A DNA stretch of 62,862 bases, counting the filler. It is 6 parts of 6 records of this genome, joined end to end, with 100 filler letters (N's around TTAATTAATTAA, not from the genome) between each part and the next. Parts side by side here need not be neighbours in the genome. Positions count along the whole stretch, not along the records: positions 55,771 to 62,862 come from SRR2962707_3547; 5 more parts are not named here. One strand, given 5' to 3'. The position numbers and the translations under genes are program-made. The notes under the pieces are model-generated. The model searched no databases, was not told the DNA's origin, and worked only from the letters and a program-made list of their open reading frames with translations. This document shows, piece after piece, positions 55,793 to 62,862 of the stretch (the stretch's first letter is position 1; the number at the start of each line of letters is the position of its first letter).

Positions 55793-58420
55793 ATGAATAT
55801 CAAACAGTTAACCGCAGCCATTGGTGTTGCTTTATTTGCCAGTTCAGTATCTGCTGCACCATCTACTCCAAGCATCAGCTGGGAACCACAACAATATTCA
55901 TTTGTTGAGGTAGACCTTGAAGGTAATGGTTCTTATAAGCAACTTGTTACACGTGTAGAGCAGGTTAGCATTAACATAAAATGGAGTGCTTGGAGCGGCG
56001 ACGGCGGTGATAGCTATAAAGTTTACTTTGACGATATGTTAGTAAACGAAGGCCCACTTGCTGCTGGAGCAAAAACAGGCACCATTTCGTTCCCGTATGA
56101 TAAAGCGGGTCGTCATACTATGTATGTTGAGCTATGTGAAGGCGGCACTACCTGCGCGCGCAGTGAAGGTAAGGCAATTGTTATCGCTGATACAGACGGT
56201 GGCCATTTAGCGCCATTGCCGATGGACTATGATCCTAATAACCGTGATATTGGTATTAAGCAAGGCTTGGTAACAGGTGCTTATTTTGTGGAGTGGGGTA
56301 TTTACGGTCGTGATTATGACGTAACGAATATGCCTGCACAAAACTTAAGCCACATTCTATATGGCTTTATTCCAATTTGTGGTGAAAATGCATCATTATC
56401 AGGTGGCCCTAAGCGTGCGCTTGAAACAGCATGTGCAGGCTCTGCTGACTATGAAGTGGTTATTCACGATCCTTGGGCTGCTGTACAAAAAGCATTACCA
56501 GGTGTGGACGCGAACGATCCAATCCGTGGTACTTACTCACAGTTAATGGCGCTTAAACAGCGTTACCCTGATCTGAAAATTTTACCGTCAGTGGGCGGCT
56601 GGACATTATCAGACCCATTTGGTGGGTTTACTAATAAAGCAAACCGCGATACGTTTGTTGCTTCAATGGAAGAGTTCTTAAGAACGTGGAAATTTTACGA
56701 TGGTGTTGATATCGATTGGGAATTCCCAGGTGGCGATGGCCCGAACCCAGATATTGGCGACCCAGTGAATGATGGCCCTGCGTATGTTGCTCTAATGCAA
56801 GAACTTCGTGCGATGCTTGATAAACTTGAAGCTGAAACAGGCCGTACTTACGAGCTAACATCAGCGATTGGTGCAGGTTACGATAAAATTGAAGATGTTG
56901 ACTATCAAGCAGCTAGTCAATACATGGATTACATCTTTGCCATGACTTATGACTTCTATGGTGCATGGAGCGGCGTGACGGGTCACCAAACTGCGCTTTA
57001 TTGTGGTGAGCACATGAGCGCAGGCCAATGTAATGGTACAGGTGTTGATGAAAATGGCGAGCCACGTAAAGGCCCTGCATATACCACTGATAACGCAGTA
57101 CAATTATTACTAGCGCAAAATGTACCATCGAAGAAAATCGTTGTTGGTGCCGCTATGTATGGCCGTGGTTGGGAAGGCGTTTACCCAACAGGCACAACTA
57201 TTGACGGTAACCCAATGACTGCAACTGGTTCTGGTCCGTTAACAGGCTCAACTGCGCAAGGTGTGTGGGAAGACGGTGTTATTGATTATAAAGGTATTAA
57301 AACGCATATGATTGGTGCATCTGGCACTGGCGTAAATGGTTTTGAAGTAGGTTACGATGACCAAGCACAAGCTGCGTATGTTTGGAATCGTTCAACCGGT
57401 AAACTAATCACATATGATAGCCGTGAATCAGTACTTGCTAAAGGTGCTTACGTTAATCAGCATAACCTAGGTGGTTTATTTGCGTGGGAAATCGATGCAG
57501 ATAATGGCGATATTCTAAATGCGATGCACGATGGTTTAGGTGGTGTTGTTCAACCAATTAACCAAAAGCCAGTGTTAAGCGTACAAAGCTCAGTAACTAT
57601 TAATGCTGGTGAATCAGTGTCAGTCAGTGCAACGGCAACAGATGCTGATAACGATGCACTCACATTCTCTTGGACTGCAGCAGCAGAGCTTACCGTATCT
57701 GGCGGGGCAACAAACACGCTTGCAATTACAGCACCTGCTGTAACACAAGATAGCCAGTTTACGGCAACAGTTAGCGTTACTGATGGTAAAGCGACTGTAA
57801 GCAAAAACGTGGTAGTTAATGTTATTGCTCCTAATTCAGGTGGCGACAACACGGCTCCTGTAGTTGATGCACTTGCTGATATCGCGATTGAAGAAGGTAC
57901 ATCAGCGAGTGTCGCTGTAGTAGCAACTGATGCACAAAATGATGCACTGACTTACACATGGAATGTACCTGCAGGCCTTACATTAACTGGCAGCGGTGCG
58001 AATGTAAGCTTAATGGCAGGCGCAGTTGATGCAGATACTAACCTGACTGTTTCTGTTGCGGTTAGTGATGGCGAGTTTACAGCAACGCAAAGCTTTACTG
58101 TAACCGTCACAGATGCTGATACTACAACGCCTCCTACCGGCACATGGGATGCGAGCCAAGTATATGTTGGTGGCGATACGGTTGTTTATAACGGTGTAAC
58201 ATACAAAGCTAAGTGGTGGACACAAGGTGATCGTCCTGATTTAGGCGGAGTATGGGAAGCGACAACACAAGCTACAGACGAAACGGGTAGCGTAGTATGG
58301 CAATCAGCTGCAGTTTACAATACAGGTGATGAAGTAACGCATCAGGGTGCAACATATCAAGCTAAATGGTGGACTCAAGGAAATGAGCCAGGTGCAGCGG
58401 ATGTATGGAAATTACTTTAA
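55793..58420 (+). CDS. chiA: GH18 chitinase: signal peptide, ChiA N-domain, catalytic domain, two PKD/Ig-like domains and two ChtBD3-type chitin-binding modules
   Basis: YFVEWG, SVGGWTLS, DGVDIDWEFPG (DxxDxDxE), MTYDFYG, WEIDAD, two AKWWTQG modules; resembles Pseudoalteromonas ChiA/ChiC (naming varies by strain). Confidence 0.96.
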   Translation: MNIKQLTAAIGVALFASSVSAAPSTPSISWEPQQYSFVEVDLEGNGSYKQLVTRVEQVSINIKWSAWSGDGGDSYKVYFDDMLVNEGPLAAGAKTGTISFPYDKAGRHTMYVELCEGGTTCARSEGKAIVIADTDGGHLAPLPMDYDPNNRDIGIKQGLVTGAYFVEWGIYGRDYDVTNMPAQNLSHILYGFIPICGENASLSGGPKRALETACAGSADYEVVIHDPWAAVQKALPGVDANDPIRGTYSQLMALKQRYPDLKILPSVGGWTLSDPFGGFTNKANRDTFVASMEEFLRTWKFYDGVDIDWEFPGGDGPNPDIGDPVNDGPAYVALMQELRAMLDKLEAETGRTYELTSAIGAGYDKIEDVDYQAASQYMDYIFAMTYDFYGAWSGVTGHQTALYCGEHMSAGQCNGTGVDENGEPRKGPAYTTDNAVQLLLAQNVPSKKIVVGAAMYGRGWEGVYPTGTTIDGNPMTATGSGPLTGSTAQGVWEDGVIDYKGIKTHMIGASGTGVNGFEVGYDDQAQAAYVWNRSTGKLITYDSRESVLAKGAYVNQHNLGGLFAWEIDADNGDILNAMHDGLGGVVQPINQKPVLSVQSSVTINAGESVSVSATATDADNDALTFSWTAAAELTVSGGATNTLAITAPAVTQDSQFTATVSVTDGKATVSKNVVVNVIAPNSGGDNTAPVVDALADIAIEEGTSASVAVVATDAQNDALTYTWNVPAGLTLTGSGANVSLMAGAVDADTNLTVSVAVSDGEFTATQSFTVTVTDADTTTPPTGTWDASQVYVGGDTVVYNGVTYKAKWWTQGDRPDLGGVWEATTQATDETGSVVWQSAAVYNTGDEVTHQGATYQAKWWTQGNEPGAADVWKLL

Positions 58421-58478
58421 TTTAATTGTGCGCCTAAGCCTACTCTTAGGCCTTAAGTTAACGTGACACTCCGATTTT

Positions 58479-58505
58479 AAAGCAGCTTTCGAGCTGCTTT
58501 TTTTT
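58479..58505 (+). terminator. Intrinsic terminator after the chitinase
   Basis: AAAGCAGCT-TTCG-AGCTGCTTT followed by a long T-tract. Confidence 0.88.
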
Positions 58506-58562
58506 GTTTTTTGCAAGGGATGTCCCATACTATAAAAACACCTTTCATTAAGTAATCAGGTT

Positions 58563-59315
58563 GTATTTATCAAGTATCTATATTTACTACTCGTATTATT
58601 AAGCCCAGTCGCGGCTAGTTGTGAAAAAACGCTACGTGTAGGCGTTGTGTTACCTTGGCCACCTTTTGTTTTTGATGGCGATCAGGCTCTGACTGGGATA
58701 GATATTGATATTAGCCGATTAGTGTTAACAGAAGCTGGTTTTTGCAGTTATTTTGTACGCTTTCCAACCTCAAAACGTGGCTTAGTTGAGCTAGAAAAAG
58801 GGCGCGTTGATGTATTATCTGCTGCCAGCTTTACCCAACAAAGAGCGCAATATAGTCATTTTTCAACGCCGTACAGACGTGAAAGAATGCGGTTGTTTTG
58901 GTATGAAGATCCCAGATACTTAACACACAGTTTAGCTGAATTATTAGCAAAAAATAAAACTATAGCGGTTAATAATGGTGGCTATTACGGTAAAGAGTTT
59001 GAACAATTAAGCCAAACGAGTGACAACAGAGAGTCAATTGTTCGCGTGCCTCTGCTCTCGCACCGGCTGCATATGTTAAAAGCAAAACGGGTCGATTTTA
59101 TGATAGACGATGAAATATCAGGCCAGTATCTTATCAGGCAAGAGGAAATCACCGGTATTACACTGCACCCTTATGTTATTCACGATAATCCAATTCATTT
59201 TATGCTCAGTAAAAAAACAGTCACGATTGAAAACATGCACGCAATTAACAGCGCGATTATTAATGTGCAAGCTGAGATAGAAAAAATTATAGCCAGCTAT
59301 ACGCTTAAATTATAA
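58563..59315 (+). CDS. Stand-alone family-3 substrate-binding periplasmic protein; start codon unclear
   Basis: WPPF, GIDID, GRVDVL..ASFT..R, RVD..IDD. The frame is open upstream of 58647 through a signal-peptide-like stretch beginning at GTA (58563). Confidence 0.8.
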   Translation, partial: VFIKYLYLLLVLLSPVAASCEKTLRVGVVLPWPPFVFDGDQALTGIDIDISRLVLTEAGFCSYFVRFPTSKRGLVELEKGRVDVLSAASFTQQRAQYSHFSTPYRRERMRLFWYEDPRYLTHSLAELLAKNKTIAVNNGGYYGKEFEQLSQTSDNRESIVRVPLLSHRLHMLKAKRVDFMIDDEISGQYLIRQEEITGITLHPYVIHDNPIHFMLSKKTVTIENMHAINSAIINVQAEIEKIIASYTLKL

Positions 59316-60278
59316 ATTCTCACGGCCAAAGAGCTGAGCACGTTTAAGTGTCTGTGAAGGGTTTTCGCCAAATAGTTGTTTATAGTCTTTAGCAAACTGC
59401 CCAGGATGCCAAAAACCCCAGTTAGCTGCAACCGTAGCAATAGGCTTATTTATTTGCGGATCACTCAATTCACGGCGAATTTGGTTAAGCCGGGTGATAC
59501 GTAAAAACCGCAGCGGGTTAATGCCTAAAATCGTTTCAAAACTGTATTGCAAGGTACGTCGACATACATATGTAAATTCACACAATTGAGTAATAGTCAC
59601 CACATTATCAGGGTGATTAACAATAAATTCTTTAGCTCTATCGACAACCTGTTTACGGTGCTTATAGCTGGGGGTTACTTTTTGCTGCGGCTGCTTTGAT
59701 TGTAATAGCTGCAGTACCAAGTTCAATAAAATATCATGCTGTAGAGCTGCACTGGCACCGCAGCCGTGAGCATAAATTACCTGTTCAATGCATTGTCGAG
59801 CGCGGACCACGGCTTGATGTGATGTGGTTATACGAGGTGAACCTTGGTTAGTTATTCCTAATAGTGACAGTCCTTGTTGCTGGGCAATTTGCTGCAATGC
59901 ATCTTGGTTGATCACCATGCCATAAATATTAAACTGCTCAGGGGTGATCAGCTCAAAATTACAATCACTTGGCCGGCACATCAGTTGATTTTCAGCGATG
60001 CTGAGACCATTTATTTTACTCTGTTGCGAATGTGCAGGAATACCAAGCCATAACGCATTAGGCCACACTTTACACTGTTGTCGTAACGCACGCTGAGTAA
60101 ACTCTTTAAATACTTGCAAGTCATTAAAAGCGACTTCATCAATACAGCCATAAAAGCAGCCATCACTGACTTGGTCATACTTTTGCTGCCAATTAGTCAG
60201 ATTATCCGCCTGCTGATCCACATCTGTCGTTGTTAAAGTGCACTTCGTTGGTGCGTTAGTCGGTAAATTATGTTGCAT
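59310..60278 (-). CDS. eutR: AraC-family ethanolamine regulator
   Basis: WQQKYDQVS.G.F.G, RRTLQYSF...LG.NP, VAANWGFWH.GQF..DY..LFGE.PS; divergent from eutBC. Confidence 0.9.
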   Translation of the reverse strand: MQHNLPTNAPTKCTLTTTDVDQQADNLTNWQQKYDQVSDGCFYGCIDEVAFNDLQVFKEFTQRALRQQCKVWPNALWLGIPAHSQQSKINGLSIAENQLMCRPSDCNFELITPEQFNIYGMVINQDALQQIAQQQGLSLLGITNQGSPRITTSHQAVVRARQCIEQVIYAHGCGASAALQHDILLNLVLQLLQSKQPQQKVTPSYKHRKQVVDRAKEFIVNHPDNVVTITQLCEFTYVCRRTLQYSFETILGINPLRFLRITRLNQIRRELSDPQINKPIATVAANWGFWHPGQFAKDYKQLFGENPSQTLKRAQLFGRENL

Positions 60279-60523
60279 CGTTGCGCATTGTACCTCTGGT
60301 TATTTATTGCGAGTAAAATTTCCCTATTAAATTAACACTATAACTAATTGATTATTATTGGTTTAGTAAGGTTTGCCAAAACTTGATAGTTGCTTGGTAT
60401 GCAATACGCTACCTTAAAAGAGCTGTCGCATGGATTTAGTTGCTGTTTTATTTGATGCTATTTCATTTGAAGCAATCGCCATGCCTAACCTCTTTAACAC
60501 ACATTTTGTCAGCAAGGTAGTTT

Positions 60524-61930
60524 ATGAGTAAATCGTACCGTTACACGCTAGGAAGTAAAACATATCAATTTGAAAGTCTTGCGCAATTAATGGCTAAAGC
60601 AACCCCCCAGCGTTCTGGTGACAGTTTAGCAGGGGTCAGTGCTAGTTGCGCTGAGGAGCGTGCGGTTGCGCAAATGACCTTGGCAGAAGTGCCTTTAAAA
60701 ACATTTTTAAACGAGGCCTTGATCCCATACGAAGATGATGAAATCACGCGCTTAATTATTGACGAACATGACACCCATGCATTTTCCCCAATCGCGCATT
60801 TAACGGTGGGAGATTTTCGTAATTGGTTGTTGAGTGATCATGCAACAAGCGCTGTTCTCACATCGATAAGAGCGGGTGTTACACCAGAGATGGCCGCAGC
60901 GGTATGTAAGATAATGCGTAATCAAGATTTGATCTTAGTGGCTAAAAAGTGCCATGTAACAACCGCATTTAGAAACACTATAGGTTTGCCTGGGCATTTA
61001 TCAACCCGTTTACAACCAAATCATCCTACTGATAACGTCAATGGCATTGCTGCCAGTATTTTAGATGGATTGCTTTATGGCAGTGGCGATGCTGTTATCG
61101 GTATCAACCCTGCCACTGACAATGTTGCCCAAGCGATTAAATTGAGGCAATTAATGGACGAGGTTATTGAAAAATATCAAATACCAACCCAAAGCTGTGT
61201 ACTGACTCATGTAACTAATACTATCGAATGTATTAATGCTGGCGCACCGGTTGACTTAGTTTTTCAATCTATTGGTGGCACAGAAGCCACTAACACTAGT
61301 TTTGGCTTTAATTTAAATACCCTTGCTGAAGCACAAGCCGCAGCGCTTAGTTTAAAGCGTGGCACTGTAGGCGACAACGTCATGTATTTTGAAACAGGGC
61401 AAGGCAGTTCCTTGTCTGCTAATGCCCATCATGGCTTAGATCAACAAACCTGCGAAACACGTGCCTATGCTGTCGCACGCAAATTTAAACCACTATTAGT
61501 CAATACGGTCGTGGGTTTTATTGGCCCTGAATATTTATTTGATGGTAAAGAAATTACCCGAGCTGGCCTTGAAGATCACTTTTGCGCCAAATTACTAGGT
61601 GTGCCTATGGGGTGTGACGTGTGTTACACCAATCATGCTGAAGCAGATCAAAATGACATGGATAATTTACTGACTTTACTTGGCGTTGCCGGATGCTCAT
61701 TTGTGATGGGAATTCCTGGTTCCGACGACATAATGCTGAACTATCAAACGACTTCTTTTCATGACGCACTATATGCAAGACGAGTACTTGGTCTGCGTGC
61801 TGCGCCAGAATTTGAGCTGTGGTTAGCAAAAATGAACATTATGACTGATACAAAGCAGCATATATTGTCTGACACTTTGCCTTCTCAGTTTGCGCGTTCT
61901 TTAAAAACCTTAAGCGGAGGAGCGTTATGA
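60524..61930 (+). CDS. eutB: Ethanolamine ammonia-lyase large subunit
   Basis: RSGD.LAG, RLQPNHPTD, MYFETGQGS, VVGFIGPEYL, DDIMLNYQTTSFHD. Confidence 0.97.
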   Translation: MSKSYRYTLGSKTYQFESLAQLMAKATPQRSGDSLAGVSASCAEERAVAQMTLAEVPLKTFLNEALIPYEDDEITRLIIDEHDTHAFSPIAHLTVGDFRNWLLSDHATSAVLTSIRAGVTPEMAAAVCKIMRNQDLILVAKKCHVTTAFRNTIGLPGHLSTRLQPNHPTDNVNGIAASILDGLLYGSGDAVIGINPATDNVAQAIKLRQLMDEVIEKYQIPTQSCVLTHVTNTIECINAGAPVDLVFQSIGGTEATNTSFGFNLNTLAEAQAAALSLKRGTVGDNVMYFETGQGSSLSANAHHGLDQQTCETRAYAVARKFKPLLVNTVVGFIGPEYLFDGKEITRAGLEDHFCAKLLGVPMGCDVCYTNHAEADQNDMDNLLTLLGVAGCSFVMGIPGSDDIMLNYQTTSFHDALYARRVLGLRAAPEFELWLAKMNIMTDTKQHILSDTLPSQFARSLKTLSGGAL

Positions 61931-62784
61931 AAAACGCAGTGCCTAAAGTAGCGAAGCAGCATAAGGACATGGGTAAAGTCGTACATAACCCTTGGCGTGA
62001 ATTACGGCGCTTCACCGATGCTCGAATTGGCTTAGGCCGGGCTGGTATCAGTTTACCGACAAACGAAATGTTGGCATTTCAGCTTAGTCATGCTCAAGCG
62101 CGTGATGCGGTGAATTTTCCGTTGGATTTCGCAGCATTAAGTGAGCAGTTACAGCCTTTTGGTACACCAGTGCTGCATTTACATAGTCAAGCTGTGGATA
62201 GGAGTCATTATTTGCAGCGCCCTGATTTAGGCCGAAAGTTGGATATAGCGTCGCGCGATAAGTTAACTGACTTTATGAGTAATGGTAGTGCTGGTGCGCA
62301 ACAACAACATGATATCGCTATTACGATTGTGGATGGTTTATCGTCTTTAGCGGTGCAAAAAAATGCCACCGCCTTCATTAAGCAGTTACTCGTATTACTT
62401 AATGAGCAGCCTCAAGCATGGCGTTTGGCGCCATTTACGTTAGTAGAGCAAGGCCGAGTCGCAATTGGCGATGATATTGGACAGTTGTTAAATGCCAAAG
62501 TGGTCGTGGTTTTAATTGGTGAGCGCCCGGGTTTAAGTTCGCCAGATAGCCTAGGGTTGTATTTAACCTGGCAGCCAAAGGCCGGCCTCAATGATGCTTG
62601 CCGTAACTGTATTTCTAATATTCGCCCAGCTGGACTGTCTTATCAAGACGCAGCACAACGTACTTTATATCTTTTACAAGAAGCTCGGCGCTTAAACCTC
62701 TCAGGGGTTGGATTAAAAGATCGCAGCCAAGATGATGTGATTGAGCACCAAACACAGACTAAAAACTTTTTACTCTCGGAATAA
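61927..62784 (+). CDS. eutC: Ethanolamine ammonia-lyase small subunit
   Basis: TDARIGLGRAG, HAQARDAV, YLQRPDLGR, IGERPGL, RNCISNI; ATGA overlap with eutB. Confidence 0.97.
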   Translation: MKNAVPKVAKQHKDMGKVVHNPWRELRRFTDARIGLGRAGISLPTNEMLAFQLSHAQARDAVNFPLDFAALSEQLQPFGTPVLHLHSQAVDRSHYLQRPDLGRKLDIASRDKLTDFMSNGSAGAQQQHDIAITIVDGLSSLAVQKNATAFIKQLLVLLNEQPQAWRLAPFTLVEQGRVAIGDDIGQLLNAKVVVVLIGERPGLSSPDSLGLYLTWQPKAGLNDACRNCISNIRPAGLSYQDAAQRTLYLLQEARRLNLSGVGLKDRSQDDVIEHQTQTKNFLLSE

Positions 62785-62832
62785 ATAACAACGAAAATAG
62801 ATTAATTACAATAAAAACAGCAGGAGAATAAT

Positions 62833-62862
62833 ATGTCAGATAATAAAGAGTACCTTGCAAAA
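62833..62862 (+). CDS. eat: Probable ethanolamine permease, N-terminus only
   Basis: CAGGAG RBS, then MSDNKEYLAK; position after eutC fits Eat, but only 10 codons are visible. Confidence 0.55.
   Translation, partial: MSDNKEYLAK

Overview
This window is not one genomic locus. It is six unrelated contigs joined by 100-nt artificial linkers (N44-TTAATTAATTAA-N44). (1) 1-9616 is intron-containing eukaryotic DNA, probably from a protist. It holds a SAM-domain gene and, tail-to-tail with it, a 9-exon gene whose spliced frame (~1318 aa) fuses a seven-repeat RCC1 propeller to a bacterial-type AzgA/NCS2-like permease. (2) 9717-33700 is Rhizobiales (alphaproteobacterial) housekeeping DNA: mdh-sucCD-sucAB-lpdA, xerC, rimM-trmD-rplS, leuC, sdhCDA and accessory genes. 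(3) 33801-39601 is eukaryotic: a SET-domain methyltransferase and a WDR93-like ciliary gene. (4) 39702-48253 is eukaryotic: one large multi-exon gene with a long coiled coil followed by seven DEK-C-like repeats that each carry a WxxW motif. (5) 48354-55670 is Bacteroidota (Cytophagales-like): a membrane/TPR protein, gatC, a PlsC-like acyltransferase, an ABC-2 pair and a sensor kinase. (6) 55771-62862 is Pseudoalteromonas-like: a GH18 chitinase, a substrate-binding protein and eutR/eutB/eutC/eat. The best candidates for novel biology are the RCC1-permease fusion (possible transceptor) and the coiled-coil/7xDEK-C-like WxxW-repeat protein. All family assignments come from motif recognition by eye; no database search was run.
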